DNA from: an uncultured Gemmatimonadota bacterium
Lineage (GTDB): Bacteria > GCA-2686955
NCBI GenBank assembly: GCA_964490075.1
Contig: CAZBBK010000004.1
Span: forward strand, 1-64,000
DNA length: 64,000 nucleotides
Direction: 5' to 3'
The notes beneath the pieces are model-generated. The model saw only the letters and a list, made by a program, of their open reading frames with translations. It was not told the DNA's origin and did not search any database. The position numbers and the translations under genes were made by a program. Shown here piece by piece: positions 1 to 10,199 of this stretch (the stretch's first letter is position 1; each line of letters starts with the position of its first letter).

Positions 1-53
1 AAGTGGGTCGCTTCTCACGAGCACAGGTGGGTCAATTCTGGCGAGCGCCTAAG
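1..53. mobile_element. Probable terminus of an IS21-family insertion sequence (transposase outside window)
   Basis: Two imperfect 20-bp direct repeats with 24-bp period (GTGGGTCGCTTCTCACGAGC 3-22; GTGGGTCAATTCTGGCGAGC 27-46) end in GCGCCTAAG. Tandem transposase-binding sites are typical of IS21 ends. The repeats abut a 5'-truncated gene. Confidence 0.65.
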
Positions 54-413
54 CCTATCGCGGCAGCCCACGGGGACGACGTGCCGTTCGTCGTGGACCC
101 CTTCTCCGGAGGCGGTGCCATCCCCCTGGAGGTCCTCCGGCTCGGGTGTGAGGTGTTCGCCAGTGACCTCAATCCCGTCGCTGCCTTCATCCTGAAGGTG
201 ATGGTGGAGGACATGCCACGCAGTGATCCGGACTTCGTGGATCGAGTGGAAGCGGCCGGCAAGCGCGTCCGTGAGATCGCGAAGCAGCGGATCGGCCAGT
301 TCTACCGGGCAGACGAAGACGGCGCGAAGCCTGTCGCCTACCTTTGGTCTCGGACCGTTCGGTGTGAATCGGCCAACTGCGGTGCAGAGATCCCGATCTA
401 CCGGTTGCCCTAG
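54..413 (+). pseudogene. Internal fragment of a DUF1156-family adenine DNA methylase
   Basis: SAM-binding motif VVDPFSGGGAIPLE...SDLNPVA and Zn-ribbon start AYLWSRTVRCESANCGAEIP. No native start, and the frame stops at 411-413. Confidence 0.8.
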
Positions 414-1681
414 CGCTCGAAGCCAAGTCCTACTACATCCGGCGCGCCGGCTCCGACGGCTTCCGCATCCACCACCAGCCCACACTCAAGAAGGTGGTGA
501 GCGATCGCCGAGCCTCCCTCGACGAGGAGACGGAGGTCCTGCCGACCCTGCGCTCGCTGGTGCAAAAGGAGTTCGAACGAGGCGCGAGTGTGCCGCTCCT
601 GCCGTTCCCGGCGGACGGGTCCGCGGTCGCGGACTCGCCCAAGCTCACGGTCCTGGTCACGGACCCCGACGTCGAGTGGACCGGCACCGGCGCCGTGCGG
701 GAGCAGATCGCCGAGTGGACGAAGCAGCGGGGCAAGTCGCCGCGTCTCTATCCGGGCTCGCTGGTGTGGTGCGGCCGGAAACCGGGGCGCGACCTGCGCG
801 AGAAGGTCGAGCTGCTGCTGGCGTGGAGGCGCGTCCAGAAGGAGATCAACGAGGGCGTCCTGGGCACCGAGTTCGATCGGTCCGATCGCGCGGACGTTCA
901 GGCCAAGGTGGTCGAGGCGGAAACCGACGCCAAGGACGAGGTCTGGGCCGGCTATCGCTTCATAATGGTCGCGGACAACGACGAGCCCGACGACCTGCGA
1001 GTCATCGACCTCGGCGCAGGTCATTCGAGCGGATCCGAGACCCTGTGCGGCCGCGTGATCGGGGCGCTCAAGTCCGAGGCCCTGCTGAACGAGTCCGTGG
1101 GCGCCGGCTACATCGACCGCAACTGGCCGCCCGCCCTCAAGGCGTCCGGCGCGTGGTCACTGCTGAGCCTGAGGCAGAGCTTCCTCGACGGGTCGCTGAC
1201 ACGCCTGCTCGATCCGGACAAGGTCCTGCGAACGAAGGTCGTCGAGTTCGTGGATAGCGGCGACTTCGGTCTCGCCTCCGGCAAGCAGCCGGACGGGACG
1301 TACGACAGGTTCTGGTACGAGGAGGCGGTCTCCAGCGACGAGGTAGCGTTCGAGGCGGACGTGTTCCTGCTCAAACGCGACAAGGCGAAGGCCCTCAAGG
1401 CTGGCGCTCCGCCGCCACCGGAACCACCCGAGCCACCGGGACCCGAGCCACCCGCGGGCCCCACCACGAGCACGGTTCGTGTCACCGGGAACATCCCGCC
1501 GGAGATCTGGAACCGGCTGGGTACCAAGCTGCTGCCGAAGCTCAGGAGCGGTGGCGCCGAGCTCGAGGTCGGCGTCGATTTCTCGGCGACGATCCGCTCC
1601 GACATGGCAGCGGGCCTGACGACCGAAATCCGCCAGATCCTCGAGGAGCTGGGAATCGCTGACAAGGTGAAGGTGGAGTAA
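414..1681 (+). pseudogene. C-terminal portion of a DUF499-family AAA+ ATPase (P-loop region missing)
   Basis: The frame is open from ~414 (ALEAKSYYIRRAGSDGFRIHHQPTLKKVVSDRRASL). It has a Pro-rich linker and the C-terminal GNIPPEIWNRLGTKLLPKLRSG typical of DUF499 proteins. There is no Walker A and no proper start. Confidence 0.7.
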
Positions 1682-1694
1682 GAAGTCCCTCGTG

Positions 1695-1940
1695 TGTTTC
1701 AGACCCGGCGATCGCCACAAGCGTGTTGCCATGTGGTGCGACGAGAATCCCGACGGTCGCTGGCGGCCTCTGGCTACGACAGGATCATCAATCGCGACAA
1801 GATGAGCCTCGACTCTTCTGGCCGCGGGACGAGTCCCTGGAGGATTCAGCCGATCTGCCCGATCCGCACATCTTGGCGCAGGAGATCGTGGATGATCTGG
1901 AGTCTGATCTGGATGAGATTCGAGAGGTGCTCGGAGATGC
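1695..1940 (+). pseudogene. hsdM: C-terminal remnant of type I restriction-modification methyltransferase HsdM with two frameshifts
   Basis: The HsdM tail is spread over three frames: CFRPGDRHKRVAMWCDENPDGRWR / YDRIINRDKMSLD / FWPRDESLEDSADLPDPHILAQEIVDDLE. Confidence 0.75.
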
Positions 1941-2024
1941 CAAGGGGTACCCGTGGCCTGACTGTCGTGGCCGGCGAGATCGCCGGCCGTCCGGTCCCTT
2001 TGAGGTCGGCCGTCAGTCCGACTC

Positions 2025-2561
2025 TCACCCCCGGACGATGTAGCCCCGTAGCTTGATGTAGGCACTCGCCAACCCGTCCACGCTGTCGATGTCGAATGCC
2101 CGGTACTCGATGCGGGGATCGAGTGGATTGACCGGCAGCCACGCGTACAAGGAGCCGAAGGTCTTCTCATCGAAGAGCTGGCCCTGGAGGTCGACGTGGC
2201 GGTGGGTATCAGCGACCCCCGCTTGACGGATCTCCCAGCTCACCGCCTCCCCCGGCTCCGCGTGTTCGTAGCGCGCGTCCACCTCGACATAGATCAGAAT
2301 CGTCCCGGCCGGCACGAGGCCCGCAAGATCGATCACCTCCCAATCGCTGCCTGGGTGGCGAACGTCCTGCCTCCAGACCAGAGTTTCGTCGACCGACAGG
2401 TCCATCCCCAATCCCGCAGCCACCGTCAAGGGTGTCGTACTGCGCGGCTCCTCGGTCTCCGCGGCGAGATCCGATCCGATCGCAACAGGCGACAATGCGA
2501 TCCCGAGCGCGCTGATCGCTGCCACGCCCAGACATCCAAGCCTCTTCATTCCTGAACTCAT
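2025..2561 (-). CDS. Hypothetical secreted protein
   Basis: GGAGGAG RBS before ATG 2561 and a signal-peptide-like N-terminus (KRLGCLGVAAISALGIAL). The mature part is beta-rich. Confidence 0.7.
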   Translation of the reverse strand: MSSGMKRLGCLGVAAISALGIALSPVAIGSDLAAETEEPRSTTPLTVAAGLGMDLSVDETLVWRQDVRHPGSDWEVIDLAGLVPAGTILIYVEVDARYEHAEPGEAVSWEIRQAGVADTHRHVDLQGQLFDEKTFGSLYAWLPVNPLDPRIEYRAFDIDSVDGLASAYIKLRGYIVRG

Positions 2562-2926
2562 GTCCAATTCTCCTCCCCCGGTCGGGGCTCATGCGCAGGC
2601 TCGCGAAACGCTCTTCTGCGCTGCCGCCAGCTGCGCGGATCTACCCCCGTATGTGCCGCACCGCCCCCTTTCTTGCCATCCAATCGCGGAACCGAGGTAG
2701 ACAGAGCCGATTCCCGCGTCGCCCGGCCTCGGCGACGAATTCGCTCTGGCCATGGCAAATTCCACCGTGCAAGAGCACATCTCCCGACAAGGGTCGGCCG
2801 CGCGCCGCGGGCCGGAGCAAGGCCAGTCCTCCGTGTGATGAGAGGCGCGCTATCATGCGCAACAGCCAAGTCGTACCCATCAAACGACCCGATCCCACTC
2901 CGCCGGGTGCGGAGAGAGAGGGGGCC

Positions 2927-3586
2927 ATGAGCGATCTCCCAGCAGAGGGTTCGGGCGGCGCTCGGGACACGCTCGAGAGAACCTACCTGCGCGTGGTGCT
3001 CTGGGCGCGGCGCCACTACGGGTGGATCAGCAAGATGCCGGGAACGATCTCCTCCGACGACCTCGTCCACGATGTCTTTCTGGCGATCGCCTCCGGCAGC
3101 AGGAGCTGGCCCGCCGAGTTCCCCCTGGAAGTCGTCGCGAAGCGTGACGTCAAAACCGATGTAATGGCGCTCTATCGGAAGTGGAGGGCCCGCGAGGACC
3201 GAGGGATCCGGTTGGTCTCGATCGATGGGCCGGGCTCGAATCACGGGCCCGCGGCACACGAAGCACCCGGAGGCGACAGCGCGAGGCGCTCCGCCAATGC
3301 CGATCTCGACCCTGACGCTCCGGAGCGCGCACGCCCGGACCCGCTGCTGCGTGCCGCGATCATCGACCTCGTCCGCGGAGACGACGACGCCGAGACGGCG
3401 GTGATCCACATGTTGGATGCAATCGACCAGGGAGCGCCCCCTCCTCGACCGCGAGACCTCGTGGTGGAGCTCGGCTGGGAGCTGGAGCGCGTGCGCAACG
3501 TCGTCAAGCGGATACGCCGCCGACTGGGACCCGCCCGCCTCTTTCTGCGTCCAGGCGACTCCACGGAGGAAGGGATGACACCATGA
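2927..3586 (+). CDS. ECF sigma-factor-like protein
   Basis: Region-2-like DDLVHDVFLAI and region-4-like HTH PRDLVVELGWELERVRNVVKRIRRRL. Purine-rich RBS before ATG 2927 (alternative start 2855). Confidence 0.65.
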   Translation: MSDLPAEGSGGARDTLERTYLRVVLWARRHYGWISKMPGTISSDDLVHDVFLAIASGSRSWPAEFPLEVVAKRDVKTDVMALYRKWRAREDRGIRLVSIDGPGSNHGPAAHEAPGGDSARRSANADLDPDAPERARPDPLLRAAIIDLVRGDDDAETAVIHMLDAIDQGAPPPRPRDLVVELGWELERVRNVVKRIRRRLGPARLFLRPGDSTEEGMTP

Positions 3587-4440
3587 CACAAGGACGCGAC
3601 CTTGCCCGCGAGTGGCTCTTGCGGCTCGTGGAGGAGCTGCAAGAGAAGGACCCCAGCGCTCCACGAGAATGCGCGCCCTCCGAAGGCGGCGTCGAATCGC
3701 TGGAGCAACTGCGGCAGCTCGTCGCGGCCGAAGGCGGGGTGCCTCCGGAGCTCCCATCGTGGGCCAGAAAAGCCCTCGAATCCGAGCTGCGGCGGCGCGG
3801 CCAGGCGCCGCGTGTGTTGCATCTCGTCAGAGTCGGAGAACCGTTCGAAGCAGACGCAGCACCGAATCGGGCAACCCGCGGCAAACTGGCCGCGTCCGCG
3901 TCGAGCGCCGCCTACGAACGTGTGGCGACATTGAGCACCTCGGACGGCTCCGCGACGGTCTGGATCGACCGCTACCGACCAGAGAATCACCTCCTCGCCC
4001 ACGTCGACGCAGATCCGGGATCCGGCCCCTATCTGCTCAGGCTCCACGAACCGGACATCGAGCTTCCCGTCGGACCGCGCGGACGAACACTCTTTCCCGA
4101 TGGAGTAGAGGTCGGTGACAAGACTCGTGTCGAACTGGTGCTGCCGACCGCCGTCCTGGAGCTCGAGCCCGCCAGCGCCGAGTCGGAGCCCGATCGAGAT
4201 CGGTGGATCCTGCGCGGCGCTTCGACGGAGGATCTCCAGGTGGAGATACTGCGCGACGGGGATCGATGGCGTCTGTCTCTGCGAGCACCGCGGTCCGAAG
4301 ACAGCGAGAGCGCGCTCCGCCTGCTGATCGAGTCACCCTCCGGCAAACAGTGGTTGGCCGAGCTGGACGGCGGAATGGCCGAGCTTCGGGATCTGGAGAT
4401 CGAGCCGGGCGCATCCGGTGCGATCTTCTCGATGGAATGA
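3583..4440 (+). CDS. Hypothetical protein, possible soluble anti-sigma factor
   Basis: ATGA overlaps with both neighbours. It has a helical N-terminus, a linker with KLAAS and a beta-rich C-terminal half. Function is inferred from position only. Confidence 0.6.
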   Translation: MTQGRDLAREWLLRLVEELQEKDPSAPRECAPSEGGVESLEQLRQLVAAEGGVPPELPSWARKALESELRRRGQAPRVLHLVRVGEPFEADAAPNRATRGKLAASASSAAYERVATLSTSDGSATVWIDRYRPENHLLAHVDADPGSGPYLLRLHEPDIELPVGPRGRTLFPDGVEVGDKTRVELVLPTAVLELEPASAESEPDRDRWILRGASTEDLQVEILRDGDRWRLSLRAPRSEDSESALRLLIESPSGKQWLAELDGGMAELRDLEIEPGASGAIFSME

Positions 4441-6236
4441 GGGCAAGCACGGACTTCGATCGCTGTCTGGCCGACGTCGGCCGGAAGCTGCGTCACCACA
4501 CGCCGCCGGCCGCTCTGCTCCTGCTGGCCGATGCCCTGGAGCGTGAGACCGAGCTCGCGCGCTCGCCCGTGCGCCAAGGCTATGCCCTGGAACGTCTCTT
4601 GCCCGAGCTCCTGGACGGCCTGGTGACGACGGATTGGGCGCGGCTTCCGGATGAGATCGCGACCACGACCGCCGACATCCTGGGCCGCTACTCCGCCTGC
4701 CAGCCCTTCCCCGCCGAGCGCTCGAAGCTCGACGCCATCGAGGCCAGCATCGAGGAGGGCAGAGTCCGGCGAATGACCGCTCTGGCCGGCGACGGTCCCT
4801 CCGATCGCGACCGACGCGGTCGCCCGGCTCATGGGACGGAGGTGCTGGTTCCGATGGTGGAGCGCCTCCCCGGTCGCGAGCTGGAGCGCGTGGTCGGGAT
4901 CGGGGCCAAGGTGGAGGCGGTGTTCCATTCTTCGGCCTCCACGCTGCTCGTGCCTCAGGCGGATGTCGATGAAGCTCACGCGACACTCGAGCGACTTCGC
5001 GAGCGATATCCTCGTCGCCACCTCGCCCTGATCGGAGTAGCTAGGGTCGAGTCGGCGTGGACCGACTCGCGGGTCACTCGCCGTGCCCCATTGCCTGGGC
5101 GCTGGGTGGTGTGGACGGTCTGTGCCCTCATCGCGGCTTTGTTGGCCGTGACCGCCGGGACCAGGCGCGCCCGGGGCGGCAGGGCCGTAGCCCAAGCCGC
5201 GCTGGAGGAGAATCGCATCGTGGCCCGCGCCGCCGACGGTTCGCCGACCTGGGCATGGCCTCTCCCCTTTCCCATCGATCCAACGATTCGAGGCCGCCTC
5301 GAAAGCGACCTCCTGCAAGTCGAGGATCTCGATGGGGACGAAGGGAAGGAGGTAGCTGCGTTGCTCCATGAGGCCGGCGACGCGGAAGGGATGTCGGCTG
5401 AGCTCGTAATCCTCGACGACGACGGAAGCCTCATCTCTCGCCGCACTCTCGGCCACGCTCTCGGAATCGGACGCTGGAAGAACGTGGCGGAGCGGAAGTA
5501 CCTGTCGCGCTTTCTGCGACTGGTCGAGCGAGCCGTGGAGCCTCCCCTCCTGCTGGCGGTAGTCACCCGGAACATCTACTACCCCTGCCAGCTCGTTCTG
5601 TCCGATGGATCCGGCGGAATCCAAGGCGTCTACTGGCATCCGGGCGTGCTGTACGTGGTGGAGACGGTCGACATCGACGGTGACGGCAACGAGGAGATTC
5701 TCGTCGCCGGAACCAACAATTCTGTCGCTCGCGCCGCCTGGGCCGTGCTCGATCCGGACGATCTGTGGGGTCAGGCACCGCCCTTCGATGCCTTCGAGGG
5801 AGTAGATGCCGCGCGGCACCGAGCCTACATCACATTTCCATCGACCCCGTGGGTGCAGGACGAGCTGCGCAACGCCATCGAAACGGTGCAGCTCAGTGGA
5901 CCTACCGGGTACCGAGCCGTTGTTCTCGAGGGCAAGCACCCGACCTTCCCATCCCTGAGGCCCACGGTGATCTACCACTTCAATCGTGTGCACGGCACAC
6001 TCGCATGGACCGCGCGTCAGCCTGGCGGAGACCTGCAGATCGTCGTGGCGCCTTCCGTTCCGGCGAATCGCCGTTACCAGGCCGCCGCGGACTGGCTGCG
6101 CCGGGAGGTATCGCGACCCTGCGCGTGGAACGGCCGGAAGTGGATTCCGCTCGGAATCGGCGCAATCCCGCCAGAGTTCGGGCCGGAGGACTGCGACGCC
6201 GATGCGCGCCCACTCCTCGCGGCTCCCGGCCTCTGA
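4437..6236 (+). CDS. Single-pass membrane protein with Lon_C-like cytoplasmic segment and extracellular FG-GAP/VCBS-like repeats
   Basis: ATG 4437 overlaps the upstream stop. TM helix WVVWTVCALIAALLAV. Ca-binding motifs DLDGDEGKE and DIDGDGNEEILVAG. VVGIGAKVEAVFHSSASTLLVP resembles the Lon catalytic-Lys region. Confidence 0.65.
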   Translation: MRASTDFDRCLADVGRKLRHHTPPAALLLLADALERETELARSPVRQGYALERLLPELLDGLVTTDWARLPDEIATTTADILGRYSACQPFPAERSKLDAIEASIEEGRVRRMTALAGDGPSDRDRRGRPAHGTEVLVPMVERLPGRELERVVGIGAKVEAVFHSSASTLLVPQADVDEAHATLERLRERYPRRHLALIGVARVESAWTDSRVTRRAPLPGRWVVWTVCALIAALLAVTAGTRRARGGRAVAQAALEENRIVARAADGSPTWAWPLPFPIDPTIRGRLESDLLQVEDLDGDEGKEVAALLHEAGDAEGMSAELVILDDDGSLISRRTLGHALGIGRWKNVAERKYLSRFLRLVERAVEPPLLLAVVTRNIYYPCQLVLSDGSGGIQGVYWHPGVLYVVETVDIDGDGNEEILVAGTNNSVARAAWAVLDPDDLWGQAPPFDAFEGVDAARHRAYITFPSTPWVQDELRNAIETVQLSGPTGYRAVVLEGKHPTFPSLRPTVIYHFNRVHGTLAWTARQPGGDLQIVVAPSVPANRRYQAAADWLRREVSRPCAWNGRKWIPLGIGAIPPEFGPEDCDADARPLLAAPGL

Positions 6237-6272
6237 GTCACGTCAGACGCCAACACCAGTCCCCCCGCTCCC

Positions 6273-7553
6273 TCAACCCACCCCAACCGCCCCCCGATGC
6301 GCCTCCAGAATCCGGTCGATCTCCGCGTCGCCATGCGCCGCCGACAGGAACCACGCTTCGTACCCCGAAGGCGGCAGGTAGATCCCGGCGCGCAGCATCG
6401 CCGCGTGGTAGCGCGCGAAACGCTCGTGATCGGCGTCCGCCGCCGACTCCAGGTCGGTCACCGCGGAATCGCCGAAGAAGAGCGTCAGCATCGATCCGAC
6501 CCGCTGCACCCTCGCTACGTCCCCCGCCCCCTCGGCCAGCCCCTGCTCCAGCCGCTCCCCGATCCGCTCCAGGTGCTCGTAGACCTCGCCGTCCAGGCGC
6601 TCGAGCGTCGCCGCTCCGGCCGCCATCGCCAGCGGATTCCCCGCCAAGGTCCCGGCCTGATACACCGGCCCGAGAGGCGCCACCCGATCCATCAGCTCCG
6701 CCGCCCCCCCATACGCCCCGACCGGCAGCCCGCCGCCGATCACTTTCCCCATCGTCGTCAGATCCGGCTCCACCCCGAAGCGTTCCTGCGCCCCGCCGGC
6801 CGCCACCCGAAACCCCGTCATCACCTCGTCGAAGACCAAGAGCGCCCCCGCCGCCCGTGTCGCCCCGCGCAGCCGCTCCAGGTAGCCCGGCGCCGGCGGC
6901 ACCACGCCCATGTTTCCCGCCACCGGCTCCAAGATGACGCACGCCACCTCGTGGTCACGCAGCGCCTGGTCCACCGCCGCCGCGTCGTTGAAGGGCACCA
7001 CCAGCGTCTGGGCCGCCAATGCCGCCGGCACCCCCGGCGAGTCGGGCATCCCCAGCGTCAGCGCCCCCGACCCCGCCGCCACCAGAAACGAGTCGCCGTG
7101 CCCGTGGTAATGCCCCGCCATCTTCACGATCTTCGACCGCCCGGTCACCGCCCGCGCCAGCCGGATCGCGCTCATCGTCGCCTCGGTGCCGCTGCATACG
7201 AAACGCACCTTCTCCACCGACGGCACCCGTGCCACCACCAGCCGCGCCAGCTCCAGCTCCTGCGCGCAGGGCGCCCCGAAACTCATCCCGCGCCCCGCCG
7301 TCCGCTGCACCGCCTCCACCACCTCGCGCCGCGCATGCCCCAGGATCAACGGTCCCCACGACCCCACCAGGTCGACATACTCGTTCCCGTCCACGTCCCA
7401 AATCCGCGCCCCCTCGCCGCGCGCCACGAAGGGAGGCGTCCCCCCCACCGCTCGAAAGGCCCGCACCGGGCTGTTGACTCCGCCGACCATGCACCCCCGT
7501 GCCTGCTCGAGGAGACGCTCCGACTGCTGCAGTGAAAAACGCTCGGAATGCAT
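6273..7553 (-). CDS. hemL: Glutamate-1-semialdehyde 2,1-aminomutase
   Basis: GGVNSPVRAF, SWGPLILGHA, SGTEATMSAIRLAR, FDEVMTGFR and the PLP-lysine motif MGKVIGGGLPVGAYGG. Start trimmed to ATG 7553. Confidence 0.97.
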   Translation of the reverse strand: MHSERFSLQQSERLLEQARGCMVGGVNSPVRAFRAVGGTPPFVARGEGARIWDVDGNEYVDLVGSWGPLILGHARREVVEAVQRTAGRGMSFGAPCAQELELARLVVARVPSVEKVRFVCSGTEATMSAIRLARAVTGRSKIVKMAGHYHGHGDSFLVAAGSGALTLGMPDSPGVPAALAAQTLVVPFNDAAAVDQALRDHEVACVILEPVAGNMGVVPPAPGYLERLRGATRAAGALLVFDEVMTGFRVAAGGAQERFGVEPDLTTMGKVIGGGLPVGAYGGAAELMDRVAPLGPVYQAGTLAGNPLAMAAGAATLERLDGEVYEHLERIGERLEQGLAEGAGDVARVQRVGSMLTLFFGDSAVTDLESAADADHERFARYHAAMLRAGIYLPPSGYEAWFLSAAHGDAEIDRILEAHRGAVGVG

Positions 7554-7561
7554 CGTGGACC

Positions 7562-9142
<1,581 letters not shown>

Positions 9143-9171
9143 CTACCGGCGAAGGCAATCGCCGGTTTGGA

Positions 9172-9357
9172 TCAGTTCATCTCACGAATGGCGCGTGCTC
9201 GCGCCTCGTGCGCCTTGATCCTACGACGCTCGCTCGGCTTCATGTAGTAGCTGGCGCGGCGTCCATCCTGGAGAATCCCTTCTTTCTTGCACTTGCGCTT
9301 GAAACGGCGCAGCGCGAACTCCAGAGACTCCTCGTCGCGAATCGTGACCGAGATCAT
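9172..9357 (-). CDS. rpsU: 30S ribosomal protein S21
   Basis: MISVTIRDEESLEFALRRFKRKCKKEGIL...YYMKPSERRR, with a GAGAGGGG RBS. Confidence 0.93.
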   Translation of the reverse strand: MISVTIRDEESLEFALRRFKRKCKKEGILQDGRRASYYMKPSERRRIKAHEARARAIREMN

Positions 9358-9420
9358 TCGGCCCCCTCTCCAAGTCTTCACAATTCGTTGATAATCAACG
9401 CACTACGTCACCGTAGCAGG

Positions 9421-9449
9421 AAGATATGGAGTGGGGAGGTGGGAGTCAA
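9421..9449 (-). promoter_or_regulatory. Sigma-70-type promoter of rpsU
   Basis: TTGACT-17 nt-TATCTT on the minus strand, ~65 nt upstream of the ATG. Confidence 0.7.
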
Positions 9450-9463
9450 GGGAGGGGGGCGCG

Positions 9464-9940
9464 CTAGCTTCCCCCAAACGCCGCCCGCGCCGCCGCCTCG
9501 ATCTCATCCTGGCTGAGATCGCGCAGGTGGGTCGCAAAGGCCCACTTGTGCCCGTAGGGGTCGACCACGACACCGTAACGATCGCCCCAGAACATATCCT
9601 GCGCCGGCATCGTCTCCTCGGCTCCGGCCGCAATCGCGCGCGCCATCGCCGCGTCCACATCCTCCACGTAGAGGGTGAGAGTGATCGGCGAGCCGCCCAG
9701 CGCGCGCGGGTGGCAGGACTTGCCGCCGAACTCCGGGAAATCGTCGCAGAGCATCAGCATCGAATCGCCGATTCGAATCGTCGCGTGCAGCAGCTTCTCG
9801 CCTCCCGGCACCGTCTGGCGGCCCAGCTCCTCGGCGCCCAGGGCGCGGCGGTAGAAGTCGATGGCCGCGGCGGCACCGTCGACCACCAGGTGCGGCGTCA
9901 CGGTCGAGAACCCCTCGGGGATCGCTTGCATTTCAGACAT
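9464..9940 (-). CDS. VOC/glyoxalase (PhnB-like) family protein
   Basis: IPEGFSTVTPHL, AAIDFYRRALGA, HATIRIGDS and DMFWGDRYGVVVDPYGHKW. AGGAGA RBS. Confidence 0.92.
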   Translation of the reverse strand: MSEMQAIPEGFSTVTPHLVVDGAAAAIDFYRRALGAEELGRQTVPGGEKLLHATIRIGDSMLMLCDDFPEFGGKSCHPRALGGSPITLTLYVEDVDAAMARAIAAGAEETMPAQDMFWGDRYGVVVDPYGHKWAFATHLRDLSQDEIEAAARAAFGGS

Positions 9941-10035
9941 GGTCTCTCCTGACTTTCGCGTTGACCTGATCGTGATGCGATGGAGGCCAGTATCGACCGG
10001 GGACGAAGATGCGACAGCCCGCCCCGAACGCCCGA

Positions 10036-10145
10036 TCACGTCACCGTGGCAACGACTCCGGCCTGGACGATCCGCCAGTCGCCACGACCTCGTCGAGAAT
10101 CGCCAGGCAGCGAGCCTTGAAGTCCGTGGCGGTGAGGGTCCTCAT
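10036..10145 (-). pseudogene. Collapsed type II toxin-antitoxin remnant (Phd/YefM antitoxin N-terminus, possible PIN toxin tail)
   Basis: ATG 10145 gives MRTLTATDFKARCLAILDEVVATG, which matches the Phd N-terminal pattern, then loses similarity and stops at 34 aa. An overlapping frame ends RIVQAGVVATVT*. Confidence 0.65.
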
Positions 10146-10169
10146 ATGACCGGTATTGATGACCGGTCA
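10146..10169. promoter_or_regulatory. Putative antitoxin operator
   Basis: Direct repeat ATGACCGGT (10146-10154, 10159-10167) and palindrome TGACCGGTCA (10160-10169) immediately upstream of the Phd-like ATG. Confidence 0.55.
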
Positions 10170-10199
10170 CACAAGGTCAAGGGCTGATCCGCCCCCCCC

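Noticed and set aside
3-53. MGRFSRAQVGQFWRAPK as the N-terminus of the methylase
   Set aside because: It is a translation of the IS-like terminal repeats, not of the gene.
1408-1460. Short CCGAGCCACC-type repeats
   Set aside because: They simply encode the Pro/Glu linker of the DUF499 remnant.
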